Positions 28,557 through 42,202 of a DNA stretch of 64,000 nt are shown here, piece after piece. The position numbers were made by a program, and so were the translations under genes. The notes under the pieces are model-generated. The model was not told the DNA's origin. It did no database searches and saw nothing but the letters and a program-made list of their open reading frames with translations. Position 1 is the stretch's first letter, and each line of letters opens with the position of its first letter. The stretch comes from Atractiella rhizophila (taxonomy: Eukaryota). The DNA is taken from contig MU271211.1 in the NCBI GenBank assembly GCA_021432655.1, forward strand, positions 1 to 64,000. The letters run 5' to 3'.

Positions 28557-29578
28557 GCTATTGTGCCAAGACCTTTTGTCTGCTTTCTTCTCATATTTTC
28601 TCCCGTTGCAAATTTCATAACCTGTTGTTATTAAACGCGTTGCCATGGCTACGGCAAGTAGAAATTCAGCCCCCATTTTGCACACAAATTGTCGTAAAAA
28701 ATTGAACGCTGAGCGTTGTGCCTTCAGTATTGACTCAGATTCGTACTCAACTTTACGAGTTCGTTTGTGAAATACGCAGATTTCGTTCATCTCGTGTCGA
28801 TTTTTGTCGGTGCCAGTTTGCCTGTGTCACTGGTACTGTTCTGAATATATTTATGAAGATCACGGCTAACATTGGTGTGTTCTCCGTGAGAGTTCAGGGG
28901 GATCGAGGAGTGGTGTTGTTGTTTGCGACACGCGATGGGCGTTACCTGGTCCATTGCTTGCGGCCAAGGTTTGTGCAACAACCTAGCAATCCTGACAGAA
29001 GGCAATATACAAAACTGGTGACTTAATTAACGCCAGACTTCTTCTTGATACGAGAAAAGTATAGTTCCCATCATTATAGTTATAGGAACTTTCATACATA
29101 GCTCAAAGCTCCCAGTCAGGAAGGTCATATTTCAAGACCTAGAGCGGGACGTTCCGTTTGATAATTTAGACATTTAGACAACCCTTACAACTGGAGCTCT
29201 TCCTGTTGACTAAACTTCCTTGGTCATCAAATCAACCTCAACATTTACAGAAACTTGAACTCACCGTGTCGGACAAGGGCTACAAAGCCTCTGTGACAGC
29301 CGAAGAAGAGAAGGGAACATCCGAGGTTTTTGGCCACTGGAGACATGTTGTTAACATCTATTTCGAGTCGGCGGCCGTTCGGCACTCTGATCTTCAGGGG
29401 AATGTTTTTGTATGCCGGGGACGTTGGGTTACACTTCAGTGGCAAACAGGATGCTTGCTGGGTACAAAAAGAGAAGCGGGCAACGAGGATCCTCTTCCCT
29501 TCCCCTCCACTCTATTTTTCCTTCGATCCAATAGCTCAGAGTGCTACTTCTCCTGTCACAAGAGTATAGTAAGCCATC

Positions 29579-30808
29579 ATGATATTTTTCTTACTCTTGT
29601 CCATTCTATTTGGATCTTCAATCGCCCAAGTACCTTTGGAACACGATACGACGCTAGGTGATTCTTTAATCAAAACTCATGCTCCATCAAGCACTGATAT
29701 TTGAAAAGGCGAATACTACCCATTCGCAGTTCATCTTCCGGCAAGCGAGACAGCTCAGACAGGCAAAGTACCTGTCAACGTCTTTTTACACGGAGCAGGG
29801 AGCTATGGAGACGCTGGTGAGATCTTCCTCAGCTTGCCCGGTTGCCTCGGCCTTGATGGCGCATGTAGGTGAACTTGACACGAAAACGCTCTGGAACGGC
29901 GCGGGCAAACTTCTGCTGCAGTACTACAGTGGGAATGTTACGCCAGCCAACACCCTTGCTGCTGAATCCTTTTTGACCGTTCTCCCCTTGGCTCCAAATC
30001 AAACGCAAGCTGGAGTTGTGTGCGTTCCCGTCTTTGTGTATGTTTGTGCCTCAGTCAACAAATCTCCAGGCCGGAATGGAACGACGATGGTGTCTTCAAC
30101 GTTGTTCAAAGAGTTTTCGACACCTATCCTCAGGTCGATCGAACTCGCGTCTATATCTCGGGCTACTCTCTCGGAGCTCGCGCTGCATGGAAGTTACTCG
30201 TTGAACGTCCTGATCTTTGGGCAGCAGCAGCAATTGTATGCTTCGATTTTACGCCTTCCTTGGCTGAAACCTGCCGCTAGAGCGCTGGCGAACCTTCAAA
30301 TGAAACGGATTGGAGTAAACTCCTCAACATCCCCATTCGTCATTACGTGCGTTCATTCACCAAACAAACGTAGCTGCTCTGAAGCCGCACCAAACAGGTT
30401 GGAACGGAAGACTATGAGGGTTCTTCGAATGTTGGGAAGGGAGAAACGATCCAGAGCCTAATTGAGCAAGCTGGGGGGAAACTATGCGAGCTCGTGCAGA
30501 TTCCTGGACCGGAACCCCTACCGGCGCATAATCAAATGGCTATTGGCAAGTAAATCCGCTTTCTGGTCTCGACTTCTGATGTTGTGATTTTAGCCCCTTT
30601 CACAGAGGACATGTTTAACTTCCTCCTAAATAACACAAAGACAGGGGTACCTCCATCTTCGAATTCCTCGGTCTCTACTGGATCACAGAATGTCAATGGA
30701 AGTAACACCAGTTCACATCCAGGACACGATAACGGCGCCGCACGCTCTTTTCGTTCGGCCATTCTTCTGATGGCTTGCTTCGCTGGAGCTTTATCCTTCC
30801 TGTTATAA
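29579..30808 (+). CDS. Secreted, probably GPI-anchored alpha/beta-hydrolase (esterase/peptidase, COG4099-like)
   Basis: Spliced: MIFFLLLSILFGSSIAQ..|YPFAVHLP..KVPVNVFLHGAG|..LPLAP|..VDRTRVYISGYSLGARAAW..PDLWAAAAI|..IPIRHY|VGTED..PAHN; Ser-rich linker and C-terminal hydrophobic tail AILLMACFAGALSFLL. Triad candidates are S (GYSLG), D (GTED) and H. Confidence 0.78.
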
Positions 30809-30978
30809 GAGCCAGAATCTTAGATTTACTATAAAGGACGATTCCAACTTCTGTCTACCTCGTGTTTGTTACGATCATTTGGGAAATAAAATGAACATGG
30901 ACTCAAAATTTGCAATAACGACAACCTGTACAGAAAAGAGCCTACGAAAGACACAGTGTAAAGTCAGAGGCCTCAGCA

Positions 30979-31908
30979 TCAAGCGTCAACCTGCATCGAC
31001 ATGGATGCTCCAGAAGAAGGCAGCAAGGCAGTTTTCTTCACCTTCTTCTTGTTAGAGGCCTTGACCTTGACCTTCTTCTTCTCTACTATTGTGTCCTCCG
31101 ATACCTTCAATGCATCAGTGATAGCCTGGCTCAAGCTGGTCTCCGCCGTTACCACGACCTCCGGTTTAAGATCCATGACGACGTCCTTGCTCTTGGTTCG
31201 GCTCTGTGTCCTCGCCTCCTTCTCTGCCTTACGCTCTGCAATTCGCGCTTCTGCCGCTGCAATAGCTTTGAGAGTCTTCTCAGAAGGTGAGACGCCAAGA
31301 ACGTGATGACCGCGAGCGACTTCCAGGGCATCAGAATAAAGGGAAACGGGGTTGGCGGCGGACATTCTGTGCCACATGAGTTCAGCAAGAGCTAGATGTA
31401 GACGCGATAGAACCCACCGTGCTTTGAAGAATGCCTTCTCACGGCGTTCTTTGATCTCTTGAATACGCTCCATGGCAGTAGTGGTTGCTTGAACCAAATT
31501 ACGGTCATATTTGACTGGCACATTTCGGCGCTTCTCAAACTCCAAACTTGAATCCTAAACGACAGAATCCCCTTAAGCCTTTTATAACAACAAAGAGTGG
31601 ACGTACCACCGTCATCTCCTTTCCAGCTGCTTTCCGAAAAGCTTTCGTCCACCTGACCTTTCGCGGATTTCTCTTCATCTTAAAATTCTTGTGACATCTA
31701 GACTTCTCTGTCAAGGCTCCTCCTGCTTCAAGCGCCTCCATTGCTTACTTGCTCCGACAAAATCTGAAGATTTTGGCATCATTTCGAACAAAGGTCATTC
31801 CATGAGCAGGATAGATGTTTGAGGAGCAGAAAAAACCTGCACACGCGTCCATATGAGCTCCGAAAACCGAACCGGAAGAGCTGAGAGCTTACATTTCTCG
31901 ATCCGCAT
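30979..31908 (-). CDS. RLP24: Ribosome biogenesis protein Rlp24
   Basis: [83 protein letters not shown]. Confidence 0.94.
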
Positions 31909-32176
31909 CCTTGTATAGGTGGATCAAATACGTCGTGTGGTTGCAACTCTCGCTGAAAATTTGCCACCAATCTAACGGCGGTCGGATTTACTTGTTATCT
32001 CTCAATTAATGGGTCGGCTTCAGGAATTGCCAGATTGCTCACTTACACATTTATCTGGCTCAGACTGCCTGCTTAGTTTTATTGACCTCCGACGGTCCAT
32101 CACAGCAACCTGGCCGGTGTGAGGACGTCACCAGCAAACTACGATCTAGTGGTCTAGTCGAACCAGCTCAGAGACT

Positions 32177-33986
32177 ATGATGTTTCTAGAGCTTCCTGCT
32201 GAGATACTGTTGCTCATTGTATCAAATCTCGATGAAACTTCCATATTTTTATTGCGTCTCACTCATTCGACCCTTAAAACGATCGTGGACCATAATCCCA
32301 GCGTCGTTTATCGGTCCATTGCTTTTCATAAAGGCTATCTGAATATTCCAACTGCGTCTGACGCTGGAATAACGGCGGGAAAGTTGGAGCCATTACGGGA
32401 TTTTGACGCTATGGATGAGGAACTCAGGTTCATCTTGAAGAATCAGAAGGAGTTGTATTCGAACCTCAGGCAGCTGAATGGTTGGAAAGAATTTGGTTCG
32501 TCTATATGGCATTTTGCTACGAACTTGAATAATGCTGCGTCTCAGTGAAAAAAAGACGGCGTCTCGCCAAAAATTGGATTGAAGGAAAATACCGACAAAA
32601 ATGGATCGTAACTGATCGACGAAGAGTGTGGCGATTTAAAATCGACCATTCGGGCGACCATCCACTTCTCATACTCTCTGGTGATGGCGGAGTAATTCAG
32701 GCGTTCGATTTACGCCCCGATATTCCAACTTGCGTGTGGACATCCCCAGAAGTGGGAAGATTTCCACATGTCGAAGTGAGGTGTGCCCTTTTTCGTCTCG
32801 CAGGTTTTGCGTTTAAAACCTTCTCAGTCAAGGGTATATCATCACTGCTTCCGGCAAAGGATTCATGGTTTGGAGAAGAAAGGACGTCATTTTGCCACCT
32901 GACAGTCGAGGTGTCCGACCTGAAACAGAATCTGAGGATCTCTTCATCCTCCATGTTCATTGGAAGCCTCCAGCTTCAGGACGATGTTTCAAGTGTGGTT
33001 TCTGTTGATATTGCGATCTCTTGAATAACCGAGGTTTAAAAGGGCACGATACCCTTACCTCGCAGTGGGATCTCAGGACGCAATTTTTCTCTACGATTTT
33101 GCCCGTCGTGAATTAGTCGAAACCATTCGACATGACGAACCCGTTCGGAACGACTACATCGAGCTCAGCGAAACAAAGGTGTTCCTCTGCTCGGTCCCTT
33201 CCATCTTCGTCTACCATCGAGGAATGAGGGAGTCTGAACCTATGGAGCGCAGGATGTTTCAGTTTCGAGGCGGCAGAGGAGAGGACTGGAACGCGCTACA
33301 TCATTGGGACGGACATGTTATTGCGACTTCTGGTCTTGGCACTCTCCTTTGGAACCCTTCCATCGATAGCTATGATCCAGAATTGTCAGTATGCCTTGAT
33401 ACTGGAGGGCACATCTGGAATGGTGCGTTGTCCACTTTTGGAATGAGAAGTGCTAAAGGGCAAGAGAGTAAACAGTTTGTGTCGAGAATGGTCGCTGCGT
33501 CTTCGTTGTCGAGTTTGCAAGAGAGAACCAGCAATGGTACCAGTTTCACTTTTTATTTCCGCTAAGAGCTCGGTGGAGTAGTCTCGATGAGTTTAAGGAG
33601 CTCGACATACGAATTATACTTCTGTCTGGTGGATCTATGGGCCCAAACGAAATCTCACGCCTCGAAATGAGTATGTCCATGATGTTACTCTTCAATTGGT
33701 GGTAACAATAACACTTTGCACAGCGTCTGATGCGATTTTAACTACTATGTCAACAAAACAATTCAGGGACGACGCGGAAACTAGAGCGTTGCTTCAACGC
33801 GCTCGTCTTCATTGGCATTCTAACTCAAGGACCAATGAAGAATTAGGCATCGCGTTTGATGGGTTGGATTGCCCAACATCTTTCGCTGGAAATCCTGAAT
33901 CGGGATTCTGGTCTTCCCCCGACAACGAGGACATGCCGGAGAATCTGCAGACAGCCGATGCCATGCTTGTACACGACTTTTCATAG
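32177..33986 (+). CDS. F-box protein with degenerate beta-propeller-like C-terminus
   Basis: N-terminal F-box MFLELPAEILLLIVSNLD..; NWIEG, RRVWRFKID..LILSGDGG; multi-exon continuation to VHDFS* at 33986. Confidence 0.68.
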
Positions 33987-34304
33987 TTTACTCTCTTTAC
34001 CCATTGGATAATATATCGTCATCAAGCAACTTCACAGTTCTTTGGTGTTCGCCCATACAGGAAAGCGGGGAGATGGCATCTCAAGATCGGCTACTTCGTA
34101 CAGGCGCAGCAAAAGGAACTTGATTCATTTAAATCAGCCTATAGAATTATTTTGGAGTTGGAGCAACAGATGGTCCTCCTAAAACTTGAACGTCAAGTTC
34201 AGGTTATAGTTGCGCCCGTACCGGAGCATAAATTTCCTCTCTCAAATATCTCTGTTAAGTAACCAACCCTCAACATCCCCAACGCACATTAGCATCACAA
34301 GCCC

Positions 34305-36243
34305 ATGCTGCCAGTACTTGTCTCGATTTCTATCGTTGAGAGTCCCCCAAACCCACCCACCGCTTTTCCTCTTATAGAATTCACCAGAAGAGCAAAAAGT
34401 GAATGGGAAGGGAATGGTTGCTCAGTCAATATCGTGCCTGCGACTTTCCATGTCATGCCGGATCCAAAAGTGGACGCTGATCTTGAAGCGACGACAGTCC
34501 TTCAATTAGACCTACAAACGCCTCTGTTGTATGAAATCTTCATCGGAATCAACTCCTCTGCGGAATGCATTGGTCTCGTCAGATGCAATGGAACCAGCCC
34601 TACGCTTGCGATCCAACTGCATGCAAATCCCATTTCTGGTAGCAGGCTACGAGTTCAAATCTTCCAAGCTTGGGAGCATGATCCCTTCCTACAGCTGCCA
34701 AACGAAATCCTCTTTCACATATTTGAGCAAATGAAGGACAAAATGACTCTGTACTATCATTTGCGTGGATCTTCGCCTTTTTTTCGGGATATACGAGCAG
34801 TGCGGTCCGTTTGCCATCGCTTTTCGAAAGTGGGCCTCTCCAAGCTGTTTCAAATAATAGGCGAGTTCAAGATTCGGCATCCTGGTGCGAAATCTTTCGC
34901 AAACGGGTAACAAGAATGCTGAAGGTTTTTGAGCAGGGACAAACTATCGAATCTTTCAACCTCAAAAGCTCCCCATCGATCCTTTAAAACTTTTCCAAAG
35001 TTATCCATCTACTTTCGCGCCGTACATGAAATGCGTCAATCTGTCAGCTGGACCTTGGTCAGTGTGGATACGCGTTCTTGGGTCCTGTCCAAACATCCAA
35101 ATCAGTATAATCAGCTTGGCCCCTCCCTCTCAGAAAAAAAGACGAGATGCGATTTGGAGGGTGATCGCGCGCCTGCAGCTTCTCCAGCGCCTGGGCATTC
35201 AAAGTCCACAGGGAGATGGACCACGCCGATGGAGATCCGATGATCTGTCTTCCCTTCTCTCCAAAGAATTTCGGATGTTAGATAGACTCGAGCTTCAGGG
35301 ATGGGACTTGAGTCAATTTGTGGAACTGAGAAATGCTAAAGTAGTGAAGAGATTGCGTATTCTACAATTCACTTCCTGCCTACTGTCCGAGCAAGCCTTC
35401 AAGTCCACTCTCCCATTTCTTTTTAGGAATCCTGAACACCGCCCTTACATCATCCCTCATTTTCAACAACGCCAAATACGATTGAGATCCTGCTTCAGTA
35501 CACTCCTGCCACCTCAGAATCTAATTTCTCATTTACACGAGCATACAACATTTGTGCAGGGTTTATGGTTCGAGTTGCGAGATCGCCGAAGGAAAGGAAT
35601 TGAGCGGGACATGATTGTGCTCCCCAAACCAATAGATTCCCATATTGCCAAATTTCAAGGTAAGTTTTTTTTACCTCTTGATGTAGCGGAGTTTTACAAG
35701 TTTCGTTAGGGCTACGACTACTGGTCCTCGATGGAGGTGCTTCGAATACATAGTCCATGAGCATTCCTGACATTTCTTAGGTCACGAAAGGAGTAACATG
35801 ATATCTCCATACATCCTCTTTTCCTTAGTAGACTGTCCATTCTTGTGGATGCTGTGCCTCAATTGGATCTTCGTCGACCTTGACAGTCTAGTACCTTTTC
35901 TTTCGCACCAGTTCAGATACCGCTCTCTCTGGCCGAAGGTTGGGGAAAAATATGCGGGGGAGACATATAGAGGCTTCATAATCTCCCTCACCTTTTTCTG
36001 GGGCGACTCAAAGTGGGACGCAGACGATTTCACTAGCGCTCTACGGCTTATAGATGAGGAGGAAAATGCCAGCGAATACATGAAATGTTGGGACGATGGT
36101 ACGCCAAAGCTCTGCCTCTAAGTGCAGACTGAAACGCTTGTTCAGGGGACGAAGGAGATCTTTCGTATGAAGGGGCTTGGTTCAGCGTGGTATTTAATGG
36201 TGGAGGTGTTGGACCTAACGACACAGAAGACTTCTGGTGTTGA
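34305..36243 (+). CDS. Protein with internal F-box and LRR-like region
   Basis: F-box PFLQLPNEILFHIFEQM..IRAVRSVCHRF; LQRLGI, LDRLEL, LRILQF repeats; GT-AG introns join ORFs 34305-34910, 35026-35709 and 35798-36121. The 3' end is approximate. Confidence 0.62.
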
Positions 36244-37305
36244 AGTTCTATAAAATGAGTTAGGCATAGTCACAAATGAATTCAATCGAGTGCGCAAAAC
36301 GAGAATGTTCTGCAGCGCTTTCGTTGGATTGCATCATTGCATGCCGATACCGAGGGTCGTTCATAGAGAAGGCTTTCAAACTAGCACCAAATGGTATGTC
36401 AAAACTTGATGGTCATCTTCTGTTCTGGGCAGGAAGCTCAGCACCACATCAAACGAGCCAACCCAGTTCACAGCAGTGATGAGGCAACAGCTCAAGTTAA
36501 ATCACCGCTACTTGCGTGTCATTCGCTCGCGTTCACATTGCTAAATTTTACATAAAGCAAAGAAAAAACGAGCAAGAAGACTCGTGAATCAAAGACGAAC
36601 AATTATGCTTCAGCTCGGGGAATGAAAAAGGCTCACCTCACACGCAATAACCAACCAGGGCCAATTTAGTGGTACATATCCCTCAAATGTGTTTTCACCA
36701 TCCTACCCAAAGTCCACCTTTTCGTTCCCCCAATGCTCAGCCATGTTTCAAAGCGTTCAAACAACGAACTTCAAAATATCACGTGATTGTTGTGCACCTC
36801 ATACGTGTGCTTGAACCCTCCAAATCGCCTTGACTGGTTCGTGTCTTGCTTTCCACTTCACCGTTTGTCAAAGGTTCCGCGTCCAACTGCGTATTCGCAC
36901 GTACTCGGCGCCCACAGTTATATCTTGGAACAGACGTGGAAGCGGTGGCTATTTGGCGCAGTAAGCCGCGTTCACAACACCGTTCTTGCAATCGAGTTAT
37001 CAAGAGTTATGACTACAGTATCCGCGTCTGTTCAAACATTTTCAGGGAGAAGGCATGAAACCCCGTATCTGCCATAACTCACATCATTATTTACTTTCAA
37101 ATCGTCGTGACGGAGTCGTCCATCCATCGATCTCTCACACTCCGACTTTTGTGCCGACTTTTGGCCGGAATCATCTTGCTTTCTATGGTCAAGAGATTCA
37201 TCTCAAAAACTCCCCCACGCTGTCCACTTCCGTCCATAAAAGTTGAGGTGCCTCGAGCCACTGCCTACGCCATTGCCTTTCATATCCCTGGATCGGAAGT
37301 TAACA

Positions 37306-40300
37306 ATGGACAAATTCGATCGTTCCTTCGTCGATGCATCGATAGACGAGGTCCTGGCAAAACTAACGTTGAAGGAGAAGATCTCGCTGCTTGGTGCGCC
37401 AAATTGGTGGAATACCAATGCGATCCCCAGATTGAATATCCCGAGCGTCAGGATGTCTGACGGACCTAATGGAGTGAGAGGAAGCTCTCACTTTATCAGC
37501 GTTCCCGCACAGGTAATGCGTTCTGTTGGATGCTCTGCATCAACCTCAAGACAAAAGTGAGGACTGAGGAATCTTTGGTTGTAGTGTCTTCCTTGCGCTA
37601 CCTCTCTTGCTGCTACTTTCCAACCTGACCTCATTAAGGATGTGGGCAAGTTTTTAGCAGAAGAGGCGAAGATTAAAGGGAGCGTTATTCTCCTTGCTCC
37701 TACGTGCAACATTCAGCGATCACCTTTAGGCGGAAGAGCCTTTGAATGTAAGTAGGGCTTCGACTTCATGCTCTGAACTAACAGAAGTTGAAAGCTTTTT
37801 CGGAGGACCCATTTCTCTCTGGAACTATCACAGCATCATACGTCAAAGGACTGCAAGAGAATGGGGTTGCTTCATCTATCAAACATTTTGTGGGGAATGA
37901 AATGGAAGACAAAAGAACTGCTGTCGACTCCGTGATCGGCGAGCGAGCTCTGCGAGAAGTCTACCTTTACCCTTTCATGTGGGCACAGAAGGAAGCCGGT
38001 CCCTGGTTCTACATGACTTCGTAAGAATTCACCCTTTCAAACCCGACTTACTCTTAAAGGTGAAATAGTTATAATCGACTTAATGGGACTCATGCCTCTG
38101 AAGATGCCACATTGCTGAAGAACATTCTGCGAAAAGAGTGGGGATACACTGGCCCAGTCATGTCTGATTGGCATGGAACCTACTCCGTCGCACCAGCATT
38201 GAATGCTGGGCTCGATTTGGAGATGCCAGGTCCTCCTAAGTAAGTTTCATCTCCACTCACTGTCCAGCTCAATAAAACGAGGACTGCAGGTGGCGCACAC
38301 CGCAACTTGTCTCACAATCGCTCTCTGCCGGCCTCACCACTCGAGCAGTGTTAGATGATCGCGTCCGCAACCTCCTCACCTTTGTGCAGAAGATGGCACA
38401 GACATCTCCCGAAACTGTATATGGAGATGGAATCGAACGTTCGAGGGATAAACCAGAGTTGAGAGACTTCGCTAAGAGGGTTGCGGGAGAAGGAATGGTT
38501 CTGTTGCAGAACAAAGGGATCCTCCCTCTCAAGAAGGAGAAGGTGAAAAAGGTGCTCGTCGTTGGTCCGAACGCGAAAGGAAGAGTAATCAACGGGGGTG
38601 GATCTGCAAATTTGAAGCCAACCTATGTGATCACGCCCTTCCAGGGTATTGAGGAACAAGCGAAGAAGATTGGCGCGGAAATCTCTTACTCTCTGGGATG
38701 TTACGGTACGTCCATCCAAACTACAATTTGTGGCTGACGGAGACAAACAGCTCATAAATACCTTCCAACCCTCGAGGACAAACTAAGTACGGCAGATGGG
38801 GAGCCAGGTTGGAAATGCACGTTCTTCGCGCACGACGCCGCAGGAGAGGCGACTATCGAAAAATCTTCTTACGTTCTAACTGACACCAGAGTCAAGTTGA
38901 ACGACTTCATCCCTCCAGGCTTGGGCAGTGAATGGAGCATCAAGCTTAAAGGAGAGATGGTGATGGAAGAAGATGGACCATGGGAATGGGGATTGACGGT
39001 TTCTGGACGGGCGAAGCTCTTTGTTGACGGGGAGATGATTATCGACAACTGGACTAAACAAACTCCAGGAGAGTTCTTCTATGGGTGCATTTCTAGTCCT
39101 TTAGTGATTAGACGATGACATTGACCTGAATAAATAGGCAAGGGACTGAGGAGGAGAAGGCGGTTAAGGAGTACAAGAAGGGGCAAAAGCTTTCGGTCTA
39201 CGTCCTGTACACAAACACGAATCCTCCAAACACCAACGATCGAGATGATTCTCAACCAGCCTTGATGATTGGTGTTGTAAGTTTCCCATATCCTATAACG
39301 AACCCAATTCTGAATGGGTTCTCTGAAGCGACTGGGAGGTTGCCTGAAGATCGATCCTGAGCAAGCAATTCAAGCTGCTGAGCGAGCAGCTGCCGATTCA
39401 GACGCTGTCATCTTTGTCGGAGGTCTCACGAGCGAATGGGAGTCCGAAGGTTTCGACAGGCCAAATCTCTTCATGCCAGGTCTACAGGATGAGGTCGTGC
39501 GCAGGCTGTCGCTTGCCAACCCGAACACAGTAGTGTGCCTCCAAGCTGTGCGATTTTTCTGTGTCCTGCGCGAGAATACGTGTTTGAACGAGGTGGAATA
39601 GGGATCCGCGCTCGCTATGCCCTGGATCGATACTGTCAACGCCGTCCTCCAAGTTTGGTATGGGGGCAATGAAGCAGGGAGAGCGATGGCTGAGATCCTG
39701 TTCGGAGCGATCAACCCAAGCGGGAAGCTTCCCCTCACTTTCCCCAAGAGGGATGAAGACGTTCCTGCGTTCCTCAACTTCAAGAGTCAGGACTTGCGCG
39801 TCGAATATACTGAGGGTATCTACGTCGGTTACAAGTGGTATGACGCGAGAAAGATAACACCTCTGTTCCCTTTTGGGTGAGATTGCTCTACTCACTCTGA
39901 GATGAAAAGTATTGAACATTCCGAATGAATCTAGGCATGGGCTCAGCTACACCACTTTCTCGCTGTCTTCTCTCTCCGTTACCACTCCTTCATCCACACT
40001 TGAAGCATCCGCCTCGATCCGTGTCAAAAACACGGGTACCTTGACCGGTTCAACTGTCGTACAGCTGTACATCCTCCCTCCTTCCTTTCCAACCCTTCCT
40101 CGACCAACAAAATCACTACGCGCCTTCGTAAAGGTGCGCGATCTCACACCAGGAGAAGAAAGAGAGGTCAAACTCCAGGTCGATCGATGGGCGTTTGCGT
40201 ACTGGCAGGAAGGAGAAGGAGGAGGTTGGACCGCTCTGCCCGGTTCTTACACGGTGTTGGTGGGAGAGAGTAGCGCTGATACTCCTCTAAGAGCGGAGTG

Positions 40301-40337
40301 GGTGGTGGAAAAGGGGACGAAATGGACGGGATTGTGA
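37306..40337 (+). CDS. GH3 beta-glucosidase with PA14 insertion and C-terminal FnIII domain, no signal peptide
   Basis: [46 protein letters not shown] (nucleophile), [16 protein letters not shown] (acid/base), [35 protein letters not shown]. Confidence 0.95.
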
Positions 40338-40505
40338 GTCTATTCATGGAGGATGATGATGGAAGATATTGGATATCTGTATTAAGCATATGAACATGTT
40401 ACGAATTACTATGAGCACCACAGCCTAATCATACTCTATCCCACCAGCATCCAATCTTCCGTACGAGACAACCCTCCATTCCTACACATGAACACGACAA
40501 GGCTC

Positions 40506-41875
40506 CTACTTCTTCATCCTGGCCCTCCACCTGTCCGCACGGTCAATCTCGACCAAAGCCTTGCTCGCCTTCCAAAATTGGATAGCAGAAATCATTTGTT
40601 TTCCGATACAGATGGGGAACGTGACGAGGGCAAGAATCATCGGCCAGGTGATAAGTTCCAGTCCTCCCCAAACGACGCCAGGGACGGCTTTGAGCACTCC
40701 GACAGGGAGGTAAGGGATGATGGTCGCCGCTTTGAAACCGATGGGCTTTTGATAGTTGGAGAGCAGGTAGAGGCAGACAAAGAACAATTCGTTGCCTGCA
40801 CAGAAGATGAACAGGGTGACGTTGTTGGTGTAGTACGACCTGAGGATGCGTGAGTGGGATGCCGACACTGTTTTATGCGAGTTGGAGCCCATGCGAAGTG
40901 ACCTGGAAAGGGGATTAGAATTGCAAAATGAAATTATTGGATGACGAGAGGAGAAACTTACGAGTACATGTGGATGTAGTGAGAGGAGAAGTCCAGGGTG
41001 ATAAGAGCTTGGAAAAGCAGAGCATACGAAGGGTAGGCCGATGAGAGGAAGCAGAGTAAGCAGCTTGTTGTACATCTGTTCGACACACGTTGTTAGTACA
41101 CCTAATCTAGACTAGCCAGGGAAGCTTCCGATAAAGACACGTTAACAAAATATGATCACAGAACAAGGGCTCCAATAAGCGGGACACGACCTTTTTTGGC
41201 CGAAGTGCCACACAACTTAGTGCGTTTGGCGAGACACTAGTTACTGAGTGCTGTGAGGTATTGGAAGCGACACCGTCAGGCGTAAAATGCTGAAAGATCT
41301 CACGACGTGTCAACATGCAAACAAACATCGGAGGCTGGACGTTCATAATTGTCCGCTCATTGTCACATCGAAGTCTAACCGAAAGGTACGCCATTGGCGT
41401 GAGCTGAGCTAGCCGCAAACTCTCTAGCCTATTCTTCAAGCACAATCCAATTCAAGACTCTCTCCTGCCGTGATGACGCACACGATAAGCCGCGGCGCAT
41501 CAGTCCGAGAGCACTTCCATCCATTCTGCGTACAGAGACACAAGCTGCTCACCTATCCGTCACCATGTCAAGCACAGCACCAAACTGGCTCGTCTGTCCC
41601 AGATATCTCGCTGCCTGACCGTCCACCGCGTCCAAAAGGCACGATACGCAGTATGCGATAGTGCAATACTTGGGATGGTAGGACATGTAATATAGCGAGA
41701 CCGCAGCCAGCAGGATACGGGTGTAGCCTATCCGATATAAATTTTCCGTGAGAAAGAGTAGGCAGGGGAAGGCAGCAGACTTGCCAATGAGGTTTGGGAC
41801 GAAGAGGAAGATGTTCTCGTCTGTTTTTCCTTCAACCACCGCTTCTGGGTCCGCTCTTTTATTTGGTTTGGCCAT
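40506..41875 (-). CDS. PIS1: CDP-diacylglycerol--inositol 3-phosphatidyltransferase (PI synthase)
   Basis: ENIFLFVPNLIG|YTRI..CLLDAVDGQAAR..TSQFGAVLDMVTDR|CTTSCLLCFL..LDFSSHYIHMY|..GSNSHK..CAGNELFF..QFWKASK. First intron has a GC donor; second intron is 477 nt (41076-41552). Confidence 0.95.
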
Positions 41876-42202
41876 TATGAGAAAGTAAGGAGTGCCTGGT
41901 GAAGCTATTAAAGATGAGGTGAGCGAGGGTGTTGGTCGTAAAGACTTGGCCGGGAACAGTCCTTCAAAAGCTTCCGAACTTTAGTGACTTGCCAAACATT
42001 GCACATCATACTTTCTAGCCCTTGTTCAACCGCAGTTGAGATTGTGCAAACACATTTGAAGAGCTTGGGAGAAGCTTAAATATATATCTATATCAAGTGC
42101 CCTATCCGACTCCAGGCTTTCTTGACGCACTGCTGACAACACGAGAGCTTGATTGTACCAAGGTTATATCAAAAATTCGGTTTGGAAGTCCCACTATTCT
42201 TT

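Noticed and set aside
37107..37460. Out-of-frame ORF overlapping the GH3 start (possible uORF)
   Set aside because: The transcription start is unknown and nothing shows that its ATG is transcribed; probably a chance ORF.
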